A stretch of 64,000 nt of DNA from the NCBI GenBank assembly GCA_963743255.1, contig CAVUPD010000001.1:122854-186853 (forward strand), written 5' to 3'. This stretch comes from an uncultured Chloroflexia bacterium. Its GTDB lineage: Bacteria > Chloroflexota > Anaerolineae > Anaerolineales > E44-bin32. Both the position numbers and the translations under genes were made by a program. This document shows positions 10,459 through 19,227 of the stretch, in pieces. Within the stretch, counting starts at the first letter, position 1, and each line of letters begins with the position of its first letter. The notes beneath the pieces were generated by a model. It worked only from the letters and a program-made list of their open reading frames with translations, searched no databases and was not told the origin of the DNA.

Positions 10459-12804
10459 ATGACCGGACGCCAGGATCTGTTCGATGAATTGATGCGCCTC
10501 GGCCATTCGGCGGCCTGGGATTTGCAGTGGACGCGGTCCATTGAGTTCTACCGCAAGGCGCTGGCCGAGTTCCCCGACCATCCCACCGCCCTCACCAGCC
10601 TGGCCCTGGCACTGCTCGAAACCGGCGAGCTGAAGGAATCGTTCGCCACCTATCGGCGCGCCTCCCAGGTCTCCCCCGAAGACGCCATTCCCGTCGAGAA
10701 GATGGCCGACGTGCAGGAACGCCTCGGCCAGCTCAAAGAGGCGCTTGAACTGCGCGAGAAAGCCTCCGACTTGTACATCCGGGAGCGTAACGTCGAGAAG
10801 GCCCTCGATAACTGGAACCACATCGCCCGGCTGCAGCCGGAGAATCTCGCCACTCGCTCGCGGTTGGCGTTGACCTACGAACGGCTGGGCCGGCCCAAGG
10901 AAGCGGTGCGCGAGTATCTGGCCGTCGCCTCCGTCCTGCAGAAGCTCGGGCGGAATGAGCGCGCCATCGAATTGGCCCAACGGGCCCTGACACTGGTCCC
11001 CGGCGAGCCGGAAGCCACTGCGGCACTGCGCGTCTTGCGTGAGGGCAAGCCGCTTCCCCCGCCGATCCAGCCGCGTGGCGCCACCGCCCCCCTGCGGATG
11101 GCCCAGGTGAAGGAGTTTATCCACGCCGAGGAGCCCGCCTCGCCTTCCGAGACCGACCTGGAGGCCGGCAACGCCGTCGACCCCGAGGTTGCCGCCCAGC
11201 GCCAGGCGCTGACCATCCTGGCCGGCATGCTGTTCGACGAGCCGCAGGATGCCGTCACCGGCAAGCTGGGGACGCCGGGCATGAACGCGCTGACCAAGGG
11301 CGAGAAGGGCGCGGACGACAAAGGCTCCGGTCGACCTCAGGCGTACCGCTACCTGGGCCAGGCCATCGACCTGCAGACCCACGGACACACGATGCAGGCG
11401 GCCAAGGACCTCGCCCGGGCGATCGACTCCGGCCTGGATCACCCGGCCGCCCATTACAACCTCGGCCTGCTCTACCGCGAGTTGGGCGATGAGGAGGGAG
11501 CGCGCAAGCACCTGATGGGCGCCCTGGGCCATCCCGAGCTTTCGCTGGGCGCCAACCTGGCGCTCGGACGGATGGCACGCGCCAAGGGCGACCTGCCCGA
11601 GGCGTCGCGTTTCCTGCTTCAGGCCTTGCGCAAAGCGGACAGTCTGTCGGTCGAGGAGAGCCAGTCCTCCCAACTCAGCCAGTTGTACGACACGATCCAG
11701 GCGTCGCAGAATGTCGGCGACACGCAGGCGCTGTCGCAGATTGTCGAGAATACGCTGAGTTTCCTCAGTGGCCCGGAGTGGCTCAAGCGGCTGCGCCAGG
11801 CGCGTCAGCAGCTGACCGGACGGCGCCATGGCAGCGGGGTGGTCCCGATCGCCGAGATGCTGGCCGTCGGCGGGACGGACCGCGTCATCCAGTCCATGGC
11901 CCGCATCGACGAACTGACCGACCTGGGCCTGCTGGGTTCCGCGGCGGAGGAAGCGATGCTCGCCATGCAATCGGCGCCCACGTACCTGGCGCTGCATCAG
12001 CGCCTGGCCGACATCATGCTCAAGGCCGGCCGCACGGAGCAGGCGATCGAGAAGCTGCGCGTGATCGCCGAAACCTATATCATCCGCGGCGACGGCGCCC
12101 AGTCGATCGAGATCTTCACCACCATCCTGACCCACTCACCGGTCGATATCCCCATCCGCCTGCGGCTGATCGACCTGCTCAGCCAGCAGGACCGGCTCGA
12201 CGAGGCGCTGCACGAGTACCTCGAGCTGTCGGAACTGTACAAGCAGATGGCCGAGATTGACGAGGCGCGTAAGACGCTGGCCGAGGCCCTGCGCCTCGCT
12301 CAGCGCTCGACCGTCGACCGCCAGCGCTCGGTGGAGATCCTGCACCAGATGGGCGACATCGACCTGTCGCGCCTCGACTGGCGCCGCGCGCTGCGCGTCT
12401 ACGAGCAGGTGCGGACGATCGATCCGGCTGACGACAAGGCGCGCCACAACGTCATTGACCTGAACCTGCGCCTCGGCCAGGAAGACCAGGCGGCCAAGGA
12501 GCTCGACAGCTACCTGCAGCTGCTGGTGGAGTCGGGCCGCAACCAGCAGGCGCTTGATCTGCTGGAGGAAATGGCCCGCGAGCATCCCGGCAAGCAGACG
12601 CTGCACACGCGGCTGGCCGACGCCTACCGAGCTGCCGGCCGCAAGGCCGACGCCATCGCCCAGTACGACGCACTGGGAGAGATCCAGCTCGACGCCGGCC
12701 AGGCCGAAGCCGCCGCCCGCACGATCCAGACCATCCTTTCGCTGGACCCTCCGGACTCCGAGGGCTACCGCGAGCTGCTGCGCAACCTGGAAGCCGGTCA
12801 ATGA
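10459..12804 (+). CDS. tetratricopeptide-repeat (TPR) protein
   Basis: 781-aa ORF with many 34-residue A/L/Y-rich helical repeats (for example AIELAQRALTLVPGEP, AHYNLGLLYRELGDEEGA). Confidence 0.85.
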   Translation: MTGRQDLFDELMRLGHSAAWDLQWTRSIEFYRKALAEFPDHPTALTSLALALLETGELKESFATYRRASQVSPEDAIPVEKMADVQERLGQLKEALELREKASDLYIRERNVEKALDNWNHIARLQPENLATRSRLALTYERLGRPKEAVREYLAVASVLQKLGRNERAIELAQRALTLVPGEPEATAALRVLREGKPLPPPIQPRGATAPLRMAQVKEFIHAEEPASPSETDLEAGNAVDPEVAAQRQALTILAGMLFDEPQDAVTGKLGTPGMNALTKGEKGADDKGSGRPQAYRYLGQAIDLQTHGHTMQAAKDLARAIDSGLDHPAAHYNLGLLYRELGDEEGARKHLMGALGHPELSLGANLALGRMARAKGDLPEASRFLLQALRKADSLSVEESQSSQLSQLYDTIQASQNVGDTQALSQIVENTLSFLSGPEWLKRLRQARQQLTGRRHGSGVVPIAEMLAVGGTDRVIQSMARIDELTDLGLLGSAAEEAMLAMQSAPTYLALHQRLADIMLKAGRTEQAIEKLRVIAETYIIRGDGAQSIEIFTTILTHSPVDIPIRLRLIDLLSQQDRLDEALHEYLELSELYKQMAEIDEARKTLAEALRLAQRSTVDRQRSVEILHQMGDIDLSRLDWRRALRVYEQVRTIDPADDKARHNVIDLNLRLGQEDQAAKELDSYLQLLVESGRNQQALDLLEEMAREHPGKQTLHTRLADAYRAAGRKADAIAQYDALGEIQLDAGQAEAAARTIQTILSLDPPDSEGYRELLRNLEAGQ

Positions 12805-12829
12805 CGGCCGGGGCGCGCCAGGCCAAGCC

Positions 12830-13696
12830 GTGTCCGACCTGCTCCAGGAGCTGATCTTCTCGTTCCAGCGCCTCGACTGGCTCAGCCTGGTCGATCTGCT
12901 GCTGGTGACGGCGATCTTCTTCCTGCTGCTGCGCTGGCTGCGCGGCACGCAGGCCGTCGTCCTATTGCGCGGCATGGTCGTGCTGGTGTTGGCCATCGCC
13001 CTGCTCACCAGCCTGCTGCCGCTGCCGGCCTTCTCCTACCTGTTTCGCACCGCACTCCCCGCCCTGCTGATCGCCGTGCCGGTCATCTTCGCCCCGGAGA
13101 TCCGCCGCGCCCTCGAACGTGTGGGGCGCGCCGGCGACGTCTTCATCTCTGCCTCCGAGCCGGCCCAGGTCGAACGCATGGTCGGGGCCTTGTGCACCGC
13201 CAGCCAGCGGCTGTCAGACGCCCGGCGCGGCGCGCTGATCGTCATCGAGCGCGACGTCAAGCTCGACGAGTATCTCGAGACCGGCGTGCCCCTGGACGCC
13301 CGCCTCTCGGCCGAGCTGCTGCTGCAGATCTTCTACATCAACACCCCGCTGCATGACGGTGCCGCGATGCTGCGCGGCGATCGCGTCGCCGCCGCCGCCT
13401 GCGTCATGCCGCTCTCGGCCAGCGGCACGCTGTCGCGTTCGCCCGAACGCCAGATGGGCCTGCGTCATCGCGCCGCCCTGGGCATTAGCGAGGTCAGCGA
13501 CGCCGTCGTCATCGTCGTCTCCGAAGAGACGGGCAGCATCTCCGTCGCCCACAACGGCCGGATGATTCGCCGCCTCGACCAGAGCCGTCTACGCAATATC
13601 CTGATGGCTTTCTACCGGCCGCGCGCCCCACACTGGATCCCGGTGTGGTTCGAGCGTCTGAGCGCCCGGGCGCGTCCGCCCCGGCGCCCGCGCTGA
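12830..13696 (+). CDS. cdaA: diadenylate cyclase CdaA (DisA_N domain)
   Basis: GTG start in the frame of track ORF 12554..13696. It has N-terminal TM helices and the DAC motifs INTPLHDGAAML and GLRHRAALGISEVSDAVVIVVSEETGSISVAHNG. Confidence 0.88.
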   Translation: MSDLLQELIFSFQRLDWLSLVDLLLVTAIFFLLLRWLRGTQAVVLLRGMVVLVLAIALLTSLLPLPAFSYLFRTALPALLIAVPVIFAPEIRRALERVGRAGDVFISASEPAQVERMVGALCTASQRLSDARRGALIVIERDVKLDEYLETGVPLDARLSAELLLQIFYINTPLHDGAAMLRGDRVAAAACVMPLSASGTLSRSPERQMGLRHRAALGISEVSDAVVIVVSEETGSISVAHNGRMIRRLDQSRLRNILMAFYRPRAPHWIPVWFERLSARARPPRRPR

Positions 13697-13705
13697 GAGG
13701 CACCC

Positions 13706-14947
13706 ATGCTGCGGTGGCTGTGGGAACACCTGAGCACGCTAGCCCTGGCCTTTGTCCTGGCCTTCGTCGTCTGGGTGGCGGCGGTCAATGCCGCCGACCC
13801 GGCTGCCGTGCGCTCCTTCCCCACCAGCCTGCCGATCGACTACGTCGGGCTGCAGGACGGGCTGGTCATCGTCAACGGCGCCCCGAACTCAACCCGCGTG
13901 ACGATCCGTGCGCCGGGTTCGGTGTGGGACCTGCTTACGGCGCGCGATCTGCATGTCGAGGCCAGGCTGCAGGGGCTGGGCATCGGGACGCACGCGGTGA
14001 CGCTGGTCGGTATCGTCGATCGACAGCCGGCGCGGATCACTCAGATCGAGCCGGCGCGCCTCGAGCTGACCCTCGAGCAGGCCTCCAGCCGGAACCTCCC
14101 GATCCGGGCCATGATCACCGGCGAACCCGCTCTCGGCTACCGCATGGACGATCCGGTCGCCATCCCCGAATCGGTCCGCGTCTCCGGCCCGGCGTCGCTC
14201 GTCGAGCAGGTGGCGACGGTCGTGGCGCAGGCGGATGTCACCGGCCGCCGTGAGGATATCGACACCACGGTCAGCCTGGCGGCCCTGGATTCCGATGGGC
14301 GCGCCGTGCGGGGCGTGAGCCTCGACCCTGCCTCCGCCCGTGTGGTGACCACCGTGCATCAGCTCGTCGGCTACCGGCTCGTCGCCGTCATCCCGATCAT
14401 CCAGGGCCAGGTGGAGCCCGGCTACCAGGTCTCGAGCATCATCGTCTCGCCGACGCTGGTGACCGTCTTCTCGCCCGATCCGCAGGCGGTGGATGCGCTG
14501 CCCGGGTTCGTCGAGACCGAATCGGTCAATCTGACCGGCGCCCGCGACGACATCGAGCAGACGGTCGGCGTGCTGCTACCCGATGGCATCTTCCTGGCTG
14601 GCAACCAGTCGGTTGTCGTTCAGATCCAGGTGGCGGCGATCGAGACGACGATCAACGTCCGCCGGCCGATTGAGATCGAGGGCCTGGCGCCGGGGCTGTT
14701 CGCCCAGTCGTCGCCGGTGACGGCCTCGGTCATCCTCAAGGGGCCGCTGCCGGTGCTCGACAAACTGTTGTACGAGGACGTGCGCGTCGTCGTCATCGTC
14801 GAAGGGATGGCGGCCGGAGCCTATCAACTCGCCCCGCAGGTCCTCATCCTACCGGAGGGCGTCGTGCTGCAGACGCTGCTGCCCGAGACGTACGAGATCG
14901 TGCTCTCGCGCACGCCTCCCCCCACGCCCGTCACGCCCGCGCCCTGA
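13706..14947 (+). CDS. cdaR: CdaA regulatory protein CdaR (YbbR-like repeats)
   Basis: Lies immediately downstream of cdaA. It has an N-terminal TM helix followed by repeated beta-rich YbbR-type modules (VxVxG...VxLxP). Confidence 0.78.
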   Translation: MLRWLWEHLSTLALAFVLAFVVWVAAVNAADPAAVRSFPTSLPIDYVGLQDGLVIVNGAPNSTRVTIRAPGSVWDLLTARDLHVEARLQGLGIGTHAVTLVGIVDRQPARITQIEPARLELTLEQASSRNLPIRAMITGEPALGYRMDDPVAIPESVRVSGPASLVEQVATVVAQADVTGRREDIDTTVSLAALDSDGRAVRGVSLDPASARVVTTVHQLVGYRLVAVIPIIQGQVEPGYQVSSIIVSPTLVTVFSPDPQAVDALPGFVETESVNLTGARDDIEQTVGVLLPDGIFLAGNQSVVVQIQVAAIETTINVRRPIEIEGLAPGLFAQSSPVTASVILKGPLPVLDKLLYEDVRVVVIVEGMAAGAYQLAPQVLILPEGVVLQTLLPETYEIVLSRTPPPTPVTPAP

Positions 14948-14951
14948 TCCC

Positions 14952-16337
14952 ATGGCCCGACCCGTCGTCGCTCTCGTCGGCCGGCCGAATGTGGGCAAGT
15001 CGACTCTGTTCAACCGGCTGGCCGGTCAGCGCCTGGCCGTCGTCGACGATCGCCCCGGCACGACGCGCGACCGGCTGGTCGCAGGCGCGGAGTGGCGCGG
15101 GGTTACCTTCAATCTGGTGGACACCGGCGGCATCGACCCCACTGGCGGGTTGCGCGGCGAGCCGCTCAGCCTGGACTCGGCCGATTACATTCAGCAGATC
15201 CGATCCCAGGCCGAGCAAGCCGTCGGCGCTGCCGACGCCATCCTCTTTCTGGTCGACGCCGCCAGCGGCGTCACGCCGGCCGATCATGAAGTCGCCGCCA
15301 TCCTGCGCCGCGCACAAGGCGCGCTGCGCGGCCGGCAGCCGCCCCCCGTCCTGCTGGTCGTCAATCGCTGCGACAACCAGGCGCTGCGCGGTCAGGCGCT
15401 CGAGTTCTACGAGCTCGGCATGGGCGATCCGCTGGCGGTCTCCGCTCTGCACGGCACCGGCATCGGCGACCTGCTGGACCGCCTCTTCGATGCCCTGGGG
15501 CCGATGGCCCAGCCGCCCGACGAACCCGAGACGTCGGTGCGCATCGCCATCGTCGGTCGTCCCAACGTCGGCAAGTCCAGCCTGCTCAATCGCATTCTGG
15601 GCGAGGAGCGCGTCATCGTGTCGCCGATCCCGGGCACGACCCGTGACGCCATCGACACGGAGCTCAACGCTTTCGGGACCCAGATCACCCTGATCGACAC
15701 AGCCGGCATCCGCCGTCGGGGCCACATCGACCCCGGCGTCGAGAAGTACTCGGTGCTGCGCGCTCTGCGAGCGCTCGAGCGCGCCGATGTGGCGCTGCTT
15801 CTGATCGACGCCACCACCGGCGTCACGGCCCAGGATGCGCACATCGCCGGGATGGTCATCGACTTGTCCAAGAGCGTGGTGGTGATCGTCAACAAGTGGG
15901 ACGCGGTCGAGAAGGACAGCAACACGCTGCACGAGTACACAGATCACGTCCGGCAGGAGTTGAGTTTCCTCGATTACGTGCCGGTACTGTTCGTCTCGGC
16001 GCTGACCGGACAGCGCGTGCAGCAGGTCCTCCCGATGGCGCTGCAGGTGCAGGAGGAGCGCTTGCGACGCATCGCCACCTCCGATCTCAACCGCATGATG
16101 CAGGCCGCGCTCGAACAGCACCCGCCGCCGTCCAAGTCCGGCACCGAAGTCAAGCTGTACTTCATGGCGCAGGTGCGCACCGATCCGCCCACGTTCGCCA
16201 TCCAGGTCAACGACCCAAAGCTGGTGCATTTCACCTATTTGCGCTTCCTCGAGAACAGGATGCGCGAGCGCTACGGGTTCCTGGGCACGCCGATTCGCAT
16301 CGTCCTGCGCAAGCACGAACGCAAGTCGCGCCGCTGA
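14952..16337 (+). CDS. der: ribosome-biogenesis GTPase Der (EngA)
   Basis: Two tandem GTPase domains with P-loops GRPNVGKSTLFNRL and GRPNVGKSSLLNRI, plus a KH-like C-terminus. Confidence 0.95.
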   Translation: MARPVVALVGRPNVGKSTLFNRLAGQRLAVVDDRPGTTRDRLVAGAEWRGVTFNLVDTGGIDPTGGLRGEPLSLDSADYIQQIRSQAEQAVGAADAILFLVDAASGVTPADHEVAAILRRAQGALRGRQPPPVLLVVNRCDNQALRGQALEFYELGMGDPLAVSALHGTGIGDLLDRLFDALGPMAQPPDEPETSVRIAIVGRPNVGKSSLLNRILGEERVIVSPIPGTTRDAIDTELNAFGTQITLIDTAGIRRRGHIDPGVEKYSVLRALRALERADVALLLIDATTGVTAQDAHIAGMVIDLSKSVVVIVNKWDAVEKDSNTLHEYTDHVRQELSFLDYVPVLFVSALTGQRVQQVLPMALQVQEERLRRIATSDLNRMMQAALEQHPPPSKSGTEVKLYFMAQVRTDPPTFAIQVNDPKLVHFTYLRFLENRMRERYGFLGTPIRIVLRKHERKSRR

Positions 16338-16406
16338 GGTTCCTTCGCCTGTCCGTTCGGACGCATGCCTCGGCCGCCCTCCGGCCCTCCGGGAGAGGGA
16401 GTCAAA

Positions 16407-16447
16407 CCCCCTCCCCCGTAGGGGGAGGGGGTGAGGGGGCGAAAGAC
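16407..16447 (+). repeat. REP-like element: hairpin CCCCCTCCCCC-GTA-GGGGGAGGGGG plus tail TGAGGGGGCGAAAGAC
   Basis: Perfect 11-bp palindrome. The tail motif GTGAGGGGGCGAAAGAC recurs at 17988-18004. Confidence 0.7.
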
Positions 16448-16546
16448 TCCCCTCATTTGCTCATCTCTGTTCGCCCACGCTGCGAGTTGTCCCCTACCGT
16501 CAGAGATGGAGGAAGGGCGCGGCTCCGCGCCCCTCACGCACCTTTT

Positions 16547-16575
16547 CCCCCCTCACCCCCCGCCCTCTTGCACCT
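16547..16575 (-). repeat. REP-like element copy (reverse orientation)
   Basis: CCCCTCACCCCCCGCCCTCTTGCACC is the reverse complement of the ...AGAGGG..GGGGTGAGGGG family. A partial copy GCCCCTCAC lies at 16529-16537. Confidence 0.5.
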
Positions 16576-16635
16576 GACTACGGTGCCCTGCTGCTCGATG
16601 CGTGCCGGGCGCGTGTTGAGGTGGAAGGAGGCAGT

Positions 16636-16665
16636 CGCCCCCTCACGCCAACCCTCTTGCCCCCC
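16636..16665 (-). repeat. REP-like element copy (reverse orientation)
   Basis: GCCCCCTCACGCCAACCCTCTTGCCCCC has the reverse complement GGGGGCAAGAGGGTTGGCGTGAGGGGGC. This closely matches the 17974-17997 copy. Confidence 0.55.
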
Positions 16666-16742
16666 AACTCGGGTCACCTTGGGCTTGCCCTGGTTTTGTG
16701 GACACATTCGATGACGCGTAAACTGCGGTCAGGAGATGTGCC

Positions 16743-17039
16743 ATGGGGAAGAGAAGTCGGACGTACGGGCGTGAGTTCAAGGTGGAAGCACTGCAGCTCC
16801 TGTCCCGGGGCGGGAAGAGCGCTGCCGAACTAGAGCGGGAGTTAGGGATCACCAAGGGGATGCTGCTCAAGTGGCGGGATCGTTATCAGGTGGACGAGCA
16901 GCGCCAGAGTCTTGAGCCAAGCGACCTCGAGGCCGCTAAGGCTGAGGTCAGGCGCCTGAGGCGGGAACTGGAGGTGACGACGCAGGAGCGCGACATCCTA
17001 AAAAAAGCGGTGGCGATCTTCTCGCACAAGGGCGAGTGA
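16743..17039 (+). CDS. IS3-family transposase OrfA (HTH)
   Basis: 98 aa: RTYGREFKVEALQLL...ELGITKGMLLKWRDRY, then a leucine-zipper-like region RRLRRELEVTTQERDILKKAVAIF. Confidence 0.88.
   Translation: MGKRSRTYGREFKVEALQLLSRGGKSAAELERELGITKGMLLKWRDRYQVDEQRQSLEPSDLEAAKAEVRRLRRELEVTTQERDILKKAVAIFSHKGE
17000..17007 (+). other. programmed -1 ribosomal frameshift site A AAA AAA G (makes the OrfAB fusion)
   Basis: Seven A followed by G sits in the zero frame as cta-aaa-aaa-gcg. The -1 frame continues SGGDLLAQGRVTYEFIARQ into orfB, and the orfB frame is -1 relative to orfA. Confidence 0.75.
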
Positions 17040-17914
17040 CGTATGAGTTCATTGCCCGGCAGAGCGGGGAGTATCCGGTGAGGCGGTTGTGTGGAGCACT
17101 TGGGGTGCCGCCCAGCAGCTACTATGCCTGGCGCAAGCGACCGGCCAGTGGCCATCAGCAGGCCAACCGGGGGCTGGTGGAGCAGATTCGGAGAGTGCAT
17201 GCAGAGAGCCGGGGCACCTATGGCAGTCCACGGGTACACCAGGGGTTGCGGCAGCGGGGCGTGGTCTGTGGACGGCACCGGGTGGCGCGGCTGATGCGTT
17301 TGAGCGGGATCGTGGCGAGACGGGCGTCTCGGCGGCGCCCCACAACCACGCAGCGGCGGGCGGGGGCTCCGATCTGGCCGAACCGGCTGCGGCAGGACTT
17401 CCAGGCGGAGCGGCCGAACCAGAAGTGGGTAGCGGACATCACGTACATTGACACGCGGGAGGGCTGGCTGTATCTGGCGGTGCTCATGGATCTGTGCAGC
17501 CGGCGAGTGGTGGGCTGGTCCATGGGAGAGGATCTGAGTGCGAGCCTGGTGGAAGATGCCCTGGCCATGGCGGTTGGTCGACGGGACGTGGGGGAAGGAC
17601 TGTTACATCACTCGGATCGGGGGTGCCAGTACACCAGCCACACCTATCAGGGACGGCTGGCTGAACTCAAGGCGCAGGTGAGCATGAGCGGCGTGGGCAA
17701 CTGCTACGACAATGCGGTGATGGAAAGCTTCTTCAGCACGCTCAAAGCAGAATGCGCCACGTATCGCTTCACCTGCCGGGAGGAGGCACGGCGGCAGATC
17801 TTCGAGTTCATCGAAATCTGGTACAACCGCCAGCGGATGCATTCAAGCTTGGACTACCTGAGCCCAGCCAAGTACGAAAGCAGGCTGAGCTCAGACATGA
17901 TAAGTGTCCATTGA
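17036..17914 (+). CDS. IS3-family transposase OrfB (DDE integrase core)
   Basis: WVADITYI...HSDRGCQYTS...YDNAVMESFFSTLKAE are rve-domain motifs. The stop TGA (17912-14) lies just beyond the IS end, across the junction with the duplicated target. Confidence 0.88.
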   Translation: MTYEFIARQSGEYPVRRLCGALGVPPSSYYAWRKRPASGHQQANRGLVEQIRRVHAESRGTYGSPRVHQGLRQRGVVCGRHRVARLMRLSGIVARRASRRRPTTTQRRAGAPIWPNRLRQDFQAERPNQKWVADITYIDTREGWLYLAVLMDLCSRRVVGWSMGEDLSASLVEDALAMAVGRRDVGEGLLHHSDRGCQYTSHTYQGRLAELKAQVSMSGVGNCYDNAVMESFFSTLKAECATYRFTCREEARRQIFEFIEIWYNRQRMHSSLDYLSPAKYESRLSSDMISVH

Positions 17915-17961
17915 ATCGGGGGAACCTCACCCTGCGGCCCTACGGGGGAGGGAGCCGAGCG

Positions 17962-18004
17962 CCCTCTCCCGTAGGGAGAGGGTTGGGGTGAGGGGGCGAA
18001 AGAC
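17962..18004 (+). repeat. REP-like element: hairpin CCCTCTCCC-GTA-GGGAGAGGG plus TTGGGGTGAGGGGGCGAAAGAC
   Basis: 9-bp perfect palindrome with the same GTA loop and the same 17-nt tail as the copy at 16407-16447. Confidence 0.7.
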
Positions 18005-18077
18005 CCGCCTTCAATTTCGCCTCCCCCGGCACGCCGCCGTACACGAGGCCTACCTTGTCACCCCTCGCGCCGGGTCT

Positions 18078-18083
18078 TATAAT
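18078..18083 (+). promoter_or_regulatory. candidate -10 box TATAAT, 7 nt upstream of the in-frame GTG 18091 of lepB (possible leaderless start)
   Basis: A perfect TATAAT is followed by no SD motif. GTG 18091 is in frame with track ORF 18055..18672. Confidence 0.4.
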
Positions 18084-18090
18084 CTCCAGC

Positions 18091-18672
18091 GTGACCGAAC
18101 CGACGCTTGAACTCCCCCCCGCCGAGCCGCGCCGCTCGGCGGTTTGGGCCGTCGTAGTGGAAATCCTGCAGACGGTCCTGATCGCCGCCTTGCTGTTCCT
18201 GGTCGTCAACCTGGTAACGGCTCGCATCCGCGTCGAGGGCAGCAGCATGGAGCCCAGCCTGCACGACGGCGAGATGGTCGTCGTCAACCGGCTGGCCTAC
18301 CGCTGGTCCATGCCCGGCCGGGGCGATATCGTCGTCTTCCGCTTCCCGCTCGACCCGTCACGCCGCTTCATCAAGCGGGTGATCGGGCTGCCGGGCGACA
18401 GCCTCGAGGCGCGTGACGGGCTGGTGTACGTCAACGGCACGCCGCTCGACGAGCCGTACATCGCCGCCGCGCCGCGCTACGCCGGCGCCTGGTTGGTCCA
18501 GGCCGACGAGCTGTTCGTCCTGGGGGACAACCGCAACAATTCCTCCAATTCGCAGAATTGGGGCCCCCTACCCATCGCCGAGGTCATCGGCAAGGCCGTC
18601 CTGGTCTACTGGCCCCTGCCCGACGTGGGCGTGATTCCGCACTACACGCTGGTGGCGGCGGCCGAGGAGTAG
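18091..18672 (+). CDS. lepB: signal peptidase I
   Basis: TM helix, the catalytic Ser box VEGSSMEPSL, and the motifs GDIVVF, RFIKRVIGLPGD and VLGDNRNNSSNS. The start is 18055 or 18091. Confidence 0.9.
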   Translation: MTEPTLELPPAEPRRSAVWAVVVEILQTVLIAALLFLVVNLVTARIRVEGSSMEPSLHDGEMVVVNRLAYRWSMPGRGDIVVFRFPLDPSRRFIKRVIGLPGDSLEARDGLVYVNGTPLDEPYIAAAPRYAGAWLVQADELFVLGDNRNNSSNSQNWGPLPIAEVIGKAVLVYWPLPDVGVIPHYTLVAAAEE

Positions 18673-18897
18673 GGCCCGCGAGGGGTGTGCTACAATCCCT
18701 CCGACCCGAGGCTCATCGATGAACCCCGCATCGCCGCGCCCTCCCTCTCCTTGTGGATGGAAACGGTCCAGCCCCGCGTGCTGTCGGCGGCAGGGACCGC
18801 CAACGCCGTTCGGCGGTGGACCAGGGCTGGCGTGAACATTGCACGGCAGGTTCAGGGGGAGATGGCGGCCGTGGCTTCGCCGCCAGGGTATTGATGC

Positions 18898-19191
18898 ATG
18901 CAGGATGAGAAGAAACGCCCCTATCCGTGCCGCGAGTGCCAGGTCGGCGCTCTGCAGCCGCGACCGGTGTCGTACTTCACCGTCCAGGACGGCCAGCTGA
19001 TCTCCGTCCCGGATTTCCCGGCCTGGGTATGCGACGTGTGCGGGTCGACCGAATACGACTCGAGCGCCCTGGCCGAGCTCCACGCCATGCTGGAGGCGAA
19101 CCGGCAGTCGCTGCGACCACGCCGCAGGCTCCGCCCCAAGGGCGACGCCGAGCCGCCGCGCCCAACCGCCGACCCGCGCCGCCGACCCTGA
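18898..19191 (+). CDS. YgiT-type (MqsA N-terminal-like) zinc-finger protein with a basic tail
   Basis: CRECQVG...WVCDVCGSTEYD is a four-Cys zinc ribbon of the YgiT type. The C-terminus is Arg/Pro-rich. Confidence 0.65.
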   Translation: MQDEKKRPYPCRECQVGALQPRPVSYFTVQDGQLISVPDFPAWVCDVCGSTEYDSSALAELHAMLEANRQSLRPRRRLRPKGDAEPPRPTADPRRRP

Positions 19192-19227
19192 TCGGCGCGC
19201 CGGAAATCGTCCGTCCCGGAGGGCGCG

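Larger units (their letters stand above)
16699..17910 (+). mobile_element. IS3-family insertion sequence (1212 bp) with TG...CA ends and a 3-bp TTG target duplication
   Basis: The left end is TGGACACATTCGATGAC. The reverse complement of the right end is TGGACACTTATCATGTC, so the inverted repeats are imperfect. TTG flanks both sides (16696-98 and 17911-13). It carries two overlapping ORFs joined by an A7G slippery site. Confidence 0.85.

Noticed and set aside
10153-12135. 660-aa ORF on the minus strand
   Set aside because: It lies exactly antisense to the well-supported TPR gene. It is rich in Arg/Gly/Leu/Gln with no motifs. It is a typical shadow ORF of GC-rich DNA.
14931-16316. 461-aa minus-strand ORF
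   Set aside because: It is antisense to der, which has two unmistakable GTPase P-loops. It is a shadow ORF.
18697-18897. ZTP (pfl) riboswitch
   Set aside because: It contains GGTGGACCAGGG, CTGGCG and CGCCGCCAGGG strings. Their order and spacing do not fit the pfl consensus, which has ACTGGCG first and CCGCCTGGGC last.
18685-19191. MqsR/MqsA-type toxin-antitoxin module
   Set aside because: Only the YgiT-type zinc-ribbon part is present, with no HTH domain. The upstream 69-aa ORF shows no MqsR-like features and looks non-coding.
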